From Vicugna vicugna (Eukaryota), in NCBI GenBank assembly GCA_013265495.1, contig MU057944.1, forward strand, positions 124,001 through 186,000: 62,000 nucleotides of DNA. Reading direction: 5' to 3'. A program made the translations under genes and the position numbers. The notes beneath the pieces are model-generated. The model had not been told where the DNA came from, searched no databases, and worked only from the letters and a program-made list of their open reading frames with translations. This document shows positions 12,530-26,028 of this stretch, piece by piece; positions within the stretch are counted from its first letter, which is position 1; each line of letters opens with the position of its first letter.

Positions 12530-12660
12530 GTCTGTTTACTTGTTTATTATAAGCTTTTTGAGGGCAGAATCTTTGTTCTGTTCACTGCTACATTTCCAAT
12601 ACCTAGGACAGCACCTGGGTCCCAACAGGTGCCCAGAAATACTTGTTAAATGAATGAAAA
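12530..12660 (+). mobile_element. L2 3' end
   Basis: tgagggcag...tgttcactgct...aaatacttgttaaatgaatgaa. Confidence 0.75.
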
Positions 12661-14331
12661 AATGAGCCACCGCCACCACCGCTCCCAGTGTGCTTCTGTG
12701 GATGAGATGGGATTGTTCATATGGTGCCATCAGCACAGCACTTGGCCTGAGAAAATGATCAATAAATGTCAATTCTTTCCTCCTCTCTTTCCCTGATTTC
12801 TCCCCTCGCCCCCTGCCTGCCAAAGGCCTCTTTTATTATTTTATTACCCCTCATGAACCCCATGTTTCCTAAACTGATTAAATCATAATTTCCTCTTTCG
12901 CCCTGTGCAAGGAAGCGCAGTCATGGCTAACTGTGCAGTAGCCTCGGCCTCCCCGTGAAGAACCCAGAGTTCCTTCCAGGAGCAATGCCGCAATCCCAGC
13001 TGTACGTGGGCTGCCACTGCAAACCCCCCAGAATTCCAGGATGTCCTCAGCCACTGCTGAGACCCCTGATGAGACAAGCCAGCTAGTGGCCACTGGGCAG
13101 ATGGAACTCCAGCCCTGAACAAAGACACTTGACATTTTTTTAGTTTGTCTGCCTGTGCGGGGTTATCGGGCATAAAATAACCATTTCCATTCATGTTTTT
13201 CACATTTTTTGAAAAAACTCATAGCCTTCCTGCAGTTCCCCTCCCCCCGGGCTACCATGAGGAACCCCAGTTTGGGAACCATCAGCCTGGTGGCGCCGTC
13301 TCTCTGGCGGTCGTGCTCTCGGGGAGCCCGGAGGAGGCATTTTTCAGGATGCAGCTACTTGATCACTTTCTTTCCCCGTTCCCAGTAATGCGCTTTCGGG
13401 CCTAATTAGAATGAAATGTGTTGTTTCCCTTCCTTCTTTGTCTCCATAATGATCTTTATCATTAGGATGGATTAGTTTCCCGTGCCAGGCTCGCTCTCTC
13501 TCTCTCATTACGGTTTCATCGTAGTGGGTGTATGTGTGTGCGCCAGCCTGCTTGCCGTGTGGATGGGAATAGTTAAGCAGACTTCCGCAACCCTGGGAAT
13601 AAAGAAACAAGAGAAAGAAACATGAGGAGAAGTGACAAGGAATGAAAATGGCACCAAATGAGCCTCTTTGCTGACAGCCCCCTCTGGATGATAATTGAGA
13701 ACAGGGAAGCACAACACAGCCCCATTTGTCCTTCCTCTTTGCCGTTGCTTTAATGAGAAAAGGAAATTAACCGATCGGGGACATTCCTGTCATCTTCCGG
13801 CCCGTGAGCACCATTGTGAGGTCCTGGGTGAACGCACATCCCCCGAGCCAAGCTGTACAGGCTGCAGGCACGGAGGCCTGTGCCCAGACTTGCTTCTCCC
13901 CTCTCTGCTGAGTCCCGCGGCTTGAGCACATCCCCCCTTCCCTGCTCAGACTTCTTCCAGCGTGTCTGCTGGCATTTCCAGCACCCAGGACTCCAAGGCT
14001 GGAGAGTCTCTGGGCTGGCCCTCACTCCTTCCTGCACCCCCTGTGCATGAGTTACTTCAAAGGCCAGCAGGAATGGGAGAGGAAGCAGGGGGACCCCAGG
14101 AGTCAGGTAAGATGTGCCAGTCAGTCCCCCAAAATGTTAATTATCCTCAAAGCACTTTTGAGTTGCTAATGAATGAATCACTCTCAATACGCACACTGGA
14201 TGGGGTGACATTCATCCTATTTCACCTGTGAAACATGGCTTTACGCCTGAGTGATTAGTTCCATCTCATGGGAAGATGGCCACTCCGTCTACCTGCTCTG
14301 GAAATCACCGTGTTGTCGTGGAAAGAACATG

Positions 14332-14686
14332 ATGTATCAGTTAGTGTAGATCAGCGACGCCAGAATCTCAGTAGCTTTCAACAAGGCTCTAATTCTCCCT
14401 TGTGCTCCATGTCCAGCGCAGCTCAGTGGTGGCTCTGCTCCGTGTCCTCTTCACTCCAGGACCCAGGCGGACAGACCAGCCTCCATCTGAGACACTGGGG
14501 AAAGAGAACAAGGCAAATCATGTGCTGACTCTAAAAGCTTCTGTTTGGGGGTGACACCCATCAATTCTGTTCACATTTCATTAACCAGAGAAAGTTGCAG
14601 AGACAAACCTGCCGTCATTAGGAGGAAAGTATAATCCTCCTCCAAGAGAAGCAGTGAATATTTCTGAAAAACAATTCAGTCTACCA
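14332..14686 (-). mobile_element. MLT1J/I-like MaLR LTR
   Basis: tgtatcagttag...tcactccaggacccaggc...ttctgttcacatttcatt...cagtctacca. Confidence 0.7.
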
Positions 14687-14749
14687 TGGTGGGCTTCTGG
14701 TTTATAATCACAAAAGCTAACAAGCAAACCAAAAAATGTAGAAATGATA

Positions 14750-15090
14750 CATAAGTGGAATAGTATAATGCAGTGAAATGGCTACAGACTACAACATGGA
14801 GGAATCTTAGAAATGGAATGTTGAGTGAAAAAAATCAAGTCACAAAAGACTGTATAGGTGGAGTATTTGTTAAGAGCTCAAAAAAAGTGGAACTAAACAG
14901 TATGTTTTTAAGAATCCATATTGATTAAATAAGACATTTTTAAAAGAAGGGATTGATAAACCCCAAAATCTCTGATGGAGGAGGCAAGGATTTAAAATAA
15001 GGGAGAGGCGAATAGGTGACAGTCTGATTACACTGGTTCACAGGTGTTTATTTCATTATTACAATTCATAACTTACGTGTGTTGCATACA
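14750..15090 (+). mobile_element. Old L1M (ME/MC) 3' fragment
   Basis: acaacatggaggaatctt...atgttgagtgaaaaaaatcaagtcacaaaag. Confidence 0.55.
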
Positions 15091-15094
15091 TTTT

Positions 15095-15310
15095 TTTTCA
15101 ATTTTTCATTGTGGTTAAATACACATAACATAAAATTTACCATCTTACCATTTAAGTATACAGCTCAGTGGTAGGCAGCACATTCACAGTGTTGTACAAC
15201 CATCACCACCATCCATCTCCCGAACTCCTTCCATCTTGCAAAACTGAAACTCTGTGCCCGTTAAGCACTAACTCCCCATTCCCCCCTCCCCCTGCCCCTG
15301 GCCACCACCT
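15095..15310 (-). mobile_element. L1MB-like 3' end
   Basis: acataacataaaatttaccatctt...cattcacagtgttgtacaaccatcacc...aaactgaaactctgt. Confidence 0.8.
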
Positions 15311-15354
15311 ACGTATATTACTGTCTATGTGTCAAATGTAAGAAGTTTTTTGAA

Positions 15355-15550
15355 AGAAAGAACATGGGCTTTGAAAATAGACCTGGGTTCGAATCCTAGC
15401 TCTAGGATTTACCATCCTTATGACCTTGGGGGTCTGCCTAATCCCATGTACTTAATGGGAATGATAAAAGCTCCCTCCTTGGATGGCTGGAAAGATTATA
15501 AATGTCATACAGAGAGCATTTAGCATAAGGCTGGACAAATATAGTCAATG
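15355..15550 (+). mobile_element. MIR SINE
   Basis: agacctgggttcgaatcctagctct...tgaccttggg. Confidence 0.65.
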
Positions 15551-15989
15551 TTTTTAAAAAGGCAGAAGATTATTAAGTGGTAATTGATTAATTAAGTGTT
15601 GAGCATAGAATTGGCCTGAGTCCATGCCCTTTCGCAGTACTTAAATGGGCCAAGGCTGGGTTGCATGTGTCCCCAGGCGCGGGTGAGTGCTGTGCAGGTA
15701 CTGCCTGTGGGCACAGAGCCCTGGGGGCTGGAACAGACACTAGCAGGGTAGCCTCAGAGGTTCTCCAGCTCATGGTGGAGGGAAGTTGTGCCTCCGTGGG
15801 AGAGTGGGACCAGAGTGATACGTAAGATGAGTCCTGGATTCCAGAGTGAGCAGAGGGGACAGACAGGGGAAAAAGGAGTGGGCTGGCTTAGGGAAACAGA
15901 AAAAAATACAGAAGCACTGCTGGGGTCTGTTTAAAGGAGCCAGTGTGGTCACCAATCTGTTAGGATAATAGCATCATGCAAGATCTTTC

Positions 15990-16572
15990 AGTGAGCCACC
16001 CCTCTGGTAGGAGAATCCCCCAATAGCAGGTGGTGGCCCTGGCCTGCCCCTGTCATCACCCTCCTCCCCAGAGGTCACATGCAGAGAGTTCCCACCCAGG
16101 CGGTAACTTCCGGGGTCTCTTGGCCTGAACACATTCTAAGGCCACAGAGCATGACTGACCCACCCCTCCAGGAGCAGGCCTGGAAGTGCAGCTGGAAAAT
16201 GACCAGAAGCGCAGCTGGAACATGACAAGAAGAGCACTGGGAACAGAACTGGAAGTTCACCTAAAGCAGACTCAGAAGTGCTGGACAGTTAATGCTTCAA
16301 GAATGACCTCAGGCCATAGGTTCAGGAACTGAAGTATAAACACTCCAGCTTCTTCACCCTTCCGTGGAGACAATCCTCGGTGTGTTCTACACAGCCTCTC
16401 AGAGAGTCGCAGAGGATTGACCCCACCTGTCACAGCATTAACCCACTCGTTAGCCTGCTCTTCCTGTGTCCCCCACACCTTTACTTGCTTCCTGGGACCA
16501 AATCCCTAATAAACGCCTTACACCCACACCCTTGTCTCAGGGTCTGCTCTGTAGGGGGAACCCAAGCTGAGA
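15990..16572 (+). mobile_element. LTR16-like ERVL solo LTR
   Basis: ctggacagttaatgc...cttcctggga...aataaa...ccttgtctcagggtctgct...ggggaacccaagctgaga 3' end. Confidence 0.7.
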
Positions 16573-16749
16573 TGGCTTCTGGGTCTGGTGTGTGCCCAGA
16601 GTGACTTAACTCTCCGATCTCTCCTGGGAAAGAATTACCCAGAGGCAGGGGTGAGGAATGGCTCTAATTCTGAAATAGTCTGCCCATCCCCCGACCCCCA
16701 GTCCAGAGGCCAAACCCAACCCTTTCTCTCCCACTTGTACAACCTGCCA

Positions 16750-16992
16750 ACCAAGAATAGTTTCTAAATAAATCAAAAGAATGATATTCCACAAGTGAAA
16801 TTTATGTGAAATTCAAACTTCAGCGTCCGTGAATAAAGTTTTATTGAAACATAACCACGCCCATTCATTTATGTGTTGTCTAAGGCTGCCTTGCCCTGCA
16901 ACGGCAGAGCTGAGTAGCTGGGACATAGCATGGCCTGCAAAGCCCCAAATATTTACTATCCGGTCCTTTGTTAAAGAGTTAGTCAACCTCTG
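16750..16992. mobile_element. MER58-like hAT-Charlie element
   Basis: aataaagttttattgaaacataaccacgcccattcattt...ggcctgcaaagccccaaatatttactatc. Confidence 0.8.
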
Positions 16993-18867
16993 TCTTAACG
17001 TGACAAAATGCAGAGCCTCTCAGACTACAATGGGCAGTAACATCAGTGAAAAGTACTTACAAGTGAAAACCAAACCCTGGAGTCAGAATCCAGTTTGAGA
17101 TGCCTCAGGAATCTTGTCATGAGAACCACCTGGGGGTTACTCAGAACTTGCCAAACAATCACCTCTCCTTTTCCAGCTCGGCAAGTTTGGGTTTGGGGTA
17201 AGTGAGCCAAGCTTGGTCAGCTGGAACGCTCCACTCTGGAAACAGGCTGATCTGGGCAACTGAAATTTCTCTTTAATGGAAGATTGAGCAAAAAGTCCTT
17301 TCCACATCGCCCCGAGGGAAAGATCTTTCAGTTCTGTGTACAGCCCACTTTCCTGATGGAGAAGTCTGTCTCGCAAATGTGCTGAAGCTCTCTGCTGCCT
17401 GGGGACGGCACTGCCCCGCTGGTGAGGCATTGCATCACGGAAAGTGAAGGACAGTGAAATTGAATCTGCCAAACCCGTGACATCTCCCAAAAGCTGAAAA
17501 AAAAATCACTTCTCTTTTAAAAATTTTTTCTTTCCTTTCTTTCTCCCTACATAAATAAAACCATGATCCCTTTCATAGAAAACATCCCCTCTTCCTCACT
17601 TGTCCTGAATTACCCCCGTGGTTGTGGCCCACACCCCACACCATCAACAGTCCAAGAGCTGGGCTTTTTTTATATTCGTCAGATAAAAATATGAAGACAT
17701 GCAGTAAGACGCAAGTTGCAGCCAAACATCTACATCCTCGGTACCTATAAAAGCTGAAATTTTTGGAATTCCTATTATCAAGTTGAAAGCTTCCGCCTAC
17801 CTTCTAAAAGACACAGGGAAATGTGTTTTTAAAGACATCCTATTGGTCGGGATTCTGTGAAACAGACTTATTTTGGGGGCTTTGTCAATATGTAGACTTT
17901 TCAGACCCCACAGCAGATCCACTGATGGGTCATCACAGGGGGTCCAGGAGTTTGTATTTTGTCAAGCTTCCTAGTGCTTGAGTTTGGCATTCCCCCCTTC
18001 CTCACCTCCCGTCTTTGGCTTCTGGCTTCCCTCTAAAGGGTCTGTGAGCCGTGCAGACACCCAGAAGTAAATGCCCTCTCGAGGCAGCAGGCGGAGCCCG
18101 GCGGGGGATGTTGGCCCTGCTGTCATCTGTGCTCTCGTTCCCGGTCTAAATGGAGTCTCAAGGTCTCCCGGGAGCCCAGTCCAGCACCTGCCACAAGCAC
18201 CAAATTCTCCCAGGGAACTCCAGGGAGAAAACACTCCTGGCAGAAGAGAGCTCAGTGCCTGCCCCAGCCTGTCCTCTGGGCCATCTCTGATGACCGGGTA
18301 TCTGGACGCCCTCCCTTCTTTCTCATTAAGGGAAGGGGGGCATCTGTCTTTTACAGGCATCCGCCTCTCTCTCTTCCGCTCTTTGTATGCTACAAACCCT
18401 GGATTGTTTGAAGGCTACTTTCCCCTGCTACCTCCCCAGCATCCTGCCCTCCCCTGACAGCCCACAGGAGCCTCCCTTGCAGGCTTTCCTTTTAGGGTCT
18501 GCCAGGGACAGAGTGGAAAGGGAGGCGCCGGAAGGTTGCAAGGAAACCCCAGATTGTGTCTCCAAAGCAGGCTTTGGAATTACCTTCTGTTGCTGCATCA
18601 TTGCCCACCACCCATGTCCACGCGAGGGTTAGATTTGATCATCACCCTCAGACGTGGGCGGATGAGCCCAGGAAACTCCTGCCGTTGGGCAGTGAGGGCC
18701 TCCTGCAGGCCCAGCCATCTGATGGCCAGGGCCCCGGCCAAATCATCTGACTCATCTCGTATCCCCTGCTCTCACACAGAAAAAGTTTCCGGAAGGAAGA
18801 AAGGGAGGCAGGGAGCAAGGAAGGAAGGAAGGACAGAAGTGGGGAATCCTCGATCTCCCAAAATTAT

Positions 18868-19020
18868 TCCTCATCCATGCATCCTTTCCACAAATACGTA
18901 TGAGCATGTACTGTGTGCCAGACACAATTCTAGGCACCAGGGTATAATGATCAAAATTAGACCTGTGCCCTAAAGACTGGCAGTCGACAGGAGGAAGCCA
19001 CAATAAGCAAATAATCATTT
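18868..19020 (-). mobile_element. L2 3' fragment
   Basis: caaatacgtatgagcatgtactgtgtgccagacacaattctaggcac. Confidence 0.6.
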
Positions 19021-19999
19021 AAAATAGAAAGAGACATGGTCCCCGTGACAACAGTTTCACAAGAGAGGCAGCAGCCCTTTGAGCTGGCTGGGGGACATGC
19101 TGGGGGCTTCTCTGTGGAAGCTCAGCCCTCACTGAGCTCTGAGGGATTGGGGGTGTGCTGCTTCCGCCCACCCTTCCCCCCACCCTCTAACTGTAACTGA
19201 CTGCCCGAGTCCTTCCCCACCTGCTGTCACCCTCACCTACTGCCACTTTTCCCACAGAGAGGGCAGCGGCTGGGAAGGTACAGAAAGTACAGAATTGAAA
19301 AACCCTTTCTGACCGGATTGTGTCTGGAGTTTTTTAACGGCACTCGGTCTAAGACCCCGGTCTCTGGACCCTAGAGAGGGTCAGTGCAGAGGGAGCAGAA
19401 TTGATCTGTCCCCTTTAAGTCCGTGTTGATGGTACAAGAGTTGTTTGAAAAGTCCCTCTCACAAGGGAGGCCGCCTCTGAATGTGAAAACCTCGCCCCAG
19501 CTCAGGAGCAGACAGCCCTGCTTACTGAGATGTCTCAAAAGTTGTGCAAATGACAAGCTCATTTTTAGCTCAAAAGAGGACACAGCTGAAATACTGATGG
19601 GGCAGCCAGGGCCCAGCTCCAGGCCCAGCTACGAAGGGAGGTGCTAAATAGTTGATGAAGAGTGTAATTAATCAGCGGTTCCAGCCCTCTGGCTGCAGGT
19701 TTCAAGCTGACTCTTCTCCAGGCACTCGTCTCCGACCCGCCGCAGCCCAGGACGCTACCACTCAAAGCCTCAGCAGGGTGTGAGCCAGACTGTAAACCCG
19801 CTGCCTCTCGTCACCCCTCTCTCCCTCCCCAGCCCGCAGCCTTTGCTTTGGCCACACCTGCTGCATCGTCAGCCGGTCCTTTTGCGTAGGTTGGTCCTTC
19901 TTCTCAGGGATCGGTTCTCCTCTTTGAGCATCTGGCCCACTCCTGCTCCCTGACTTGCCTCTTACCCACTGTGTAACTCCAGGGAAGTTTCTGAAACTC

Positions 20000-20150
20000 T
20001 TTTTGCCTCAGTTGGCTCATGTGTAAAATGGGGACATTGTAACAGTCACCACTGTGTAGGGTCACTAGGAAGACTGCACGTGTTAGTGATGTCAAGGTCA
20101 TAGACCACTGCATGGCACTTTAACACTTGCTCTGTAGACGGTAGCCACGG
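20000..20150 (+). mobile_element. MIR SINE fragment
   Basis: tgcctcagttggctcatgtgtaaaatgggg. Confidence 0.55.
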
Positions 20151-22089
20151 AAATTATTCATCCTTCCTAACTTGGCTGAAGCCTCTGGGCCTCCCTGAGG
20201 TAGGTGTCCCACAGCGGCCTGTGCTTATGTGATTGCACTGTCACTCAGTTGCTGGTTTGGGGACCTTGCTAGACTTGAAGCGTCTTGCACACAGGCCTGG
20301 CCTCATCCATCTCTGTATTCCTTGTGGCTGGAACTGGGTACACAGAAGAGGCTGAATGAATGGATGAATGAGTGACTGAATCTCCACGCGCACTTCTTCG
20401 GAGTCTGAGATCCTTTGCTCTTGCATAGCTCATGAGGAAGTCAACTCAGAATATTCTGCATCTGTCCCTTGGGCTGAAGCGTGCAGCCACCTGGCCCTGC
20501 TGGGGGTGAAGTAGGGTTTTGTCTGGCCAGCTTACGACTCTGCTGCCTCAGAGGCTGTCCTCCGCCCCAGGGTGCTTTATCCACTCGGAGCAGGGGGCAG
20601 AGTCTGGGCCCCATGGAGGTGGTGGTGCAGCCCAGCCTGCCCACCATCACTCGAGGCCGAGTTTTGGAAAGTGAGTCTCATGGTCCATCTCCCCACCTTC
20701 CCAACTAAGGTGCCTGTAGCTGGCCCCTCCTGGCATTTGCCATTTTTCCTTCTTCCTCCATGACCTCCCTGGTGGCCTCTCCCATCATCCATGCCTCTTG
20801 CTCCCTATACTGGGGCAAGGAGCAGCCCTACAATCTAGGCCGCAGCCATAGGCCTGTCTTTGGATTTTTCCAGCACTGGTCGTCCCCGCCTAGTCCCCGA
20901 CTTTATCTGGCCATGCCTTACATGCTGGGCACATGCTCCAGGCTCTGGGCAACTCTGCCAGCCAGGAAGTGCAGACCGCCCTAGACTAGTAACAAGCAAT
21001 GTGCTTTCCTTGGCTGGGGCTGGAGCTATCGCAGCCTAATTAGCAAAGCCGCCAGATCAGCAGGCCCTCTCATTAACACTGATCCGATCCGTGTCTCAGC
21101 TGCTGAAGCCCCCCCAGTCCATCCGTCAGCAGCCTTCCCCCAGGATCACCAGGGCTCCAGGGGCAGAGGGGGGGAGTGACAGCCAAGAAGGGCCATGCCA
21201 TCCCTGTCATCTGCTCATGTATAGCCCAGCAAGGGGCTCATTTCCCTGGACGGCAGGGCTGGGACTTGGGGGTGGGGGTGGGGTGCTGTGCTCTGGAAGT
21301 TCAATGCGGGCTTCACATCTGTCCCAAGTTTTTTCAGCCCTTCCATCCTGCAGTGACCCTGTGCTAAGTACGGCAAAAGATGCTGATGCGGGCCGTGATG
21401 TTCAGCATCAGAAAGCTCTGTCCTTTTTCTGGTCCAAGCCACCCTGCTCTGGGGCCTGGACCACCGCCACAGCCCCCATCACTGGCCGGCCCTGGGAGGG
21501 TAGTTAGGTTCAGCTGAGAGCACCTGAGGCCAGAGACTAAGAGCAGGTGAAGGGGAAAGGGAGGGGCAGCTGCTTCGGTCTAGGTAATCAGAAGGGCTTC
21601 TCAGAGGAGGTGACGTTTTAGCTGTGACTTGAGTGACAAGAAAAACTTGGCCAGGCAACTGTCTGGAGGAGAGGGGTTCTGGGACATGGAAGGGCCAGTG
21701 AGTGCAAATGAGAAAGAAGATGGCTTCTTGAAAGAAGAGGAAGGAGGCCAGTGTGCAGGGAGCTTGGGAGGGGATTGGCGGGGGCTGAGTAACAAGAGAA
21801 GGAAATGCCGGGTGAATGAATGGATGAGTGAATGCTGTCAGAATTGAAAGCGGTGAGAGACCGCTGGAAACTGGGGTAGTCAAGGAAACTTTCTAGAAAA
21901 GTCACGGGGCTTCCTTCTGCTCCCCCTTTGTAGAACAGATTCTGTGCGGCGCAGGAGAAGAGGAGACCCGTGGAAGGTGGCAGGTGAGATTCAGACAGGT
22001 TCAGCGGGCCCGTGCATGGTGGCACCCTCAGCTGTTTTATGACCAGCCCCAGCTAATAAGCCAGATGCTAAAGAATACCCGAGCTTCTG

Positions 22090-22240
22090 ACTGTCACAGC
22101 AGCCCTGCAGTGGGGGTACTGTAGTTACCCCCCCCCGGGGTACAGTGAGCAAACTGAGGCCCGGAGAGGTTAAATCAGCCTTCCAAGGCACACTTCTCAT
22201 AAATGGTGGAGCCCCAGACATTGAACCCCTACATGCTCTT
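22090..22240 (-). mobile_element. MIR SINE fragment
   Basis: aaactgaggcccggagaggttaa...ccaagg. Confidence 0.55.
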
Positions 22241-22559
22241 AATTATTCCTAAGTGAGAGTTTGCCTTTGCACTTGTTTACAGAGCCAAGGGACCTGCTGT
22301 GCTACGTGACTGGCAGCCCAAGTCCCAACTGAAAGCTGTGTATTTGTCCCTGGGAAAAAACTTGTTCCTGGGCACTGGGGAGGTTTGACCCACCAGACCC
22401 ATTGGTTGGGAGCCCCAGGGTGACTCTCCAGTTTGCTGTCTTTCTACAGTAATCATTTGTCACACATACAAACCTCCTTCCTATGCTTGAAGAAGCCTCC
22501 ATTGCTTTAAGGCCAAACTGCTTCCCTCAGTCGAGTTGAAAATGCCAGCTACTTGTTTT

Positions 22560-22935
22560 CCCAGCATCCCTTACAGCTAAGGAATGGATACAAGACCTAG
22601 GTCCCACCAATCAGACGCAACCATCTCATCCTTAAAACTGGAAGCCAATGACCCAAAGAAGAGGCAAATTCGGATTCAGTTTCCAAAGATTGTGGTGGTA
22701 GCACGTGTGGTGGTGGCAGCAGGCAAGACAGAGTTTCTGTGCCCACCAGTGCAGACTGGTCGTAGGACTGGTTCAATGGTTTGATTTGGGGCATTCATTC
22801 TGGTTTCATGCTCTCCAAGCTTGGCTCTCCCACCCTCCAGGAGATGTGTGAGCTGACCAGACAAACGTGCTTTTTTCTGCTTAAATTAGCTAGAATTGGT
22901 TTCTGTGTTTGCAACCAGCAGCTCTAACTAGCACA
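22560..22935 (+). mobile_element. Old ERVL-type LTR (LTR33/LTR67-like) fragment
   Basis: 3' end ttttctgcttaaattagctagaattggtttctgtgtttgcaacc...taactagcaca. Confidence 0.5.
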
Positions 22936-23314
22936 CTGTCATTAGGCCTCATCAGGTCATTAAAGAATGGAACTCTGATGGGTGGGGGGCACGCTTGGGC
23001 GGCAGAAAGCAGACGCAGGGACCACCTCAAAACTCCCAGAGGAGGGACAGGGAGCTGTCATTCCTGGGGCTAAGAGAGGGACTTTGGAAGATCACTCCTG
23101 AGTATCTGAGACTTCCCAGCTTCCTGCAGCCCCAGCTGATGGCATTTCCTTGTGATCTGGATTCTAGACAGAGAAAGGCAAGAACCGAACTTTCTTGAAA
23201 GCTATGTAACATAGGGGGGAAAGAGGTTTGGAATACAAAGGGACCTGGGTTTGGATTCTGGCTCTTCCACTCACTTAAGTTCTCTGAGTCTCAGTTTCCC
23301 CATACGTGAAGCAG

Positions 23315-23780
23315 GACTTAGCAGTTGAAATGCGTTGTCTCGGAGTACTCAACACCCAGCTCCAGATGGCGTGAAAAATAAACGTTTATTAGAGCTGTGA
23401 CACTGCACTCGAAGATGTAGTTTGACTTGATCGGCAGCTCTGTCTCCTTTCTTGGTGATTCTCTTGGCTCTGCCCTCCTCTGGGCATCAGCTCCCTCCTC
23501 TGGCTGGAGGTGAGACAGCTGCTCAGGTTCTGACACCACATTTGGCCCTGATAACATCAGAGAAAGAAAAGGCGTTCCCGTGAAGCCCCAGAGTCAGGAG
23601 GAGTTTCCCAGCAGTTTATAGCAAACATTCCACTCATCTCATTGGTCCAGAGGAGGTCACATGCCCATTCTCCAGCCAATAGCAGTCACCATGGGAATGC
23701 CACATGCTGATAGGCTTAAGCCTGAACGCCTGAGCCAATCCCCAGCAAGGGTTACGAGATTATCACCATTGGCCTAAAAC
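23315..23780 (-). mobile_element. MLT1K-like MaLR LTR
   Basis: tctcattggtccaga...ggtcacatgcccattctccagccaat...tgagccaatc. Confidence 0.6.
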
Positions 23781-23781
23781 A

Positions 23782-24232
23782 ACACTTCCCAGACTTTTGT
23801 CGGCAGGACCCCGGTCACTTTCAAAAATTAGAGCGAACCCCCGCAAGCTGTTGCTGGGTTATATTTATCAATGTTTGCCGTTTTAGAAATTACAACTGTA
23901 AGAGGTTATTTATTTGTTTTTCAAAAAACAATAAATCCATTATACTCATTATTTTATAATAATAACTATACTTTACAAAGCCAAAAAAAAGGTTAGTAAA
24001 AAGAGTAGCATTATTTTATGCAATTCTCGTTAAAATCTGGCTCCACAGAAGACAGCAGGAGTCTCATACCTGCTTCTGCACTCGGGCTGTTGCAATATGT
24101 CATGATGGTGGTACTTTAAGAAGAAAATTTGACCTCACGCAGAGATGGTTGGGAAGCGGAGGCCCTCACCGACCTCCTAGAAGGGTCTCGGGAACCCCAG
24201 CGGTCTTCAGAGCACACCTTGACAACCGCTTG
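23782..24232. mobile_element. Charlie1b-like hAT element
   Basis: gaagacagcaggagtctcatacctgcttctgca...gaagggtctcgggaaccccag...cacaccttgacaaccgct. Confidence 0.65.
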
Positions 24233-25949
24233 CTTAAACTAAGCAAGAATCACAGAGATAATTGCCTTCACTTCGCAGGGCTGTTGAGAGAGAACTAAGG
24301 GAGATGGCGCACGTGAATCACTTAGCACAGGGTTCAGGGAATGGTGTCTGGCGGTGAGGAAGGGCCGCAGGTGAGCCCAGGTGAAGGCAATAATCCATTA
24401 CCCAGATGAGCCGACTTCTCAGTTCCTTTCCCCAGAGTCCCTCCACCCACACACATCCCATTATACCGTAACTCTTGCTACAGCTCTGGAAGCAAAGACA
24501 AGCTGCAGTAATTGCCCTGGAAAGGAAAATGGGGGCGATGTTCAACAGAGGGGAAGATCAAAACCAAGCTGTCCAACCCAAGCACGCGAGGTTCCCTGAT
24601 CAGAATGAGAGGCGGAAGCCAGGGCTGGCACAAGCCGGGGGTCAGGGCGAGCCTCAGATGTGCTGATGGTCCCTCACAAGGGCAGAATGGGGGGCCCTTT
24701 GTCAGGCGTGGCTGTGCGGATAGAGCAGGATGCAGTCCCGGGTCATCTGAGGTCAGCACCGGGTCAGCAGGTTGGAGCTGGAGATGGGAAGCTGAAAACT
24801 GGATGGATCAAGAAGTCCGAGCAGGGCAAGAGAGAGCAGAGGGGGCTTGGTGATGGAGGAGAAGAGCAAGAGATTTCAGGCCAGAGTAAGAAGCTCTGGT
24901 TTGCAGGGAACAGCTGCAGCAGGTGCGCACACGCACACACAGGTGCAGGGCTGGGCAGGCCGCTCGGACCAGTTTAAGTCCTTGTACGGGGGAGAAAGCA
25001 ATGGCATGACAGGCTGGCCAGATGGCACGGCTTCCAGAACGACGCCAACTTCAGAAGACTCTAAGAGGGGAGGGATTTTACCCCAGCATATAGTGCGTGG
25101 TACGTGGTGGCTACTCTGTAACTATTGACTGGATCCTTGTCCCTGAAAACCAGCAACAGGTCCCAGAATTTCCAGTGCCTCTGTATCCTGATTATAAATT
25201 GCTCCTGGCTCCCGAGTGGCACCAAAGCCTTCAGCTGACAATGCATTTGGACTGAGGGGTCACTGCCTGCTCCACTCACAGGCAGTGGAAGGAGTCCTGC
25301 TGTGGAGATCAGGAGACACTGGTTCCAGCCCCAGTTCTGCACGAGGTCGCTGTGTCACCTTCCCTCTTGGTGACTCGGGACTCCCACCTGTGGGTGGATA
25401 AAGTCACTGAGGAGGTGTGCTGAATGAGGGGCTTGGGGACCCAGCAACAAGGAACATGCAATGTTCCACTAGGTCAGGTTCATAGGTGGGACCAGGGAGG
25501 CAGGTTGCCAGCTGAGAGTCAAGGCACCTGGGAACTTTGGGCTGTGGCCACACCTGGCAATGTGTCCCCCAGCCCTGGTAACCCTTTTATAGAGCCCCTG
25601 TGCCCGGCTGAGCCTACAGGTGTTCACCAGTCTCTGACCTGATCAGGGCTGTCCCCCTGGGCATTAGGGTAGCTGAGGCCTGTGAGCTTGGATCTGGTCT
25701 ATGAGAAATGATTTGAAGAAAAGAAGCCATTTTCAGCCCCAAGTTCAGTTTCTTTTTCCAAATGTGGGATCAGGGAGGCACTAGGAATGGAGTGGAATGA
25801 TCACCGAGCACCTGTGATATGCCCATCCTCTGTCAGATGCCTTAACAACATATGTGACTTTCTGTCCACATGGTACGTATCAGTGTCCCGAGGAATTTGA
25901 GACAGAAGTGCAGTATTTTGGCTGAGATCATGAGGCCAGGATGTGAATG

Positions 25950-26028
25950 TCCTCTTCCCCTCCCCACCCCTCCCTCCCTTCCTCCCCCTCCTCTACTTCA
26001 TTCTCCCCCCACTCCCCTCCCCTCCCTC
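25950..26028. repeat. C/T-rich polypyrimidine low-complexity tract
   Basis: cctcttcccctccccacccctccctcccttcctccccctcc... Confidence 0.7.
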
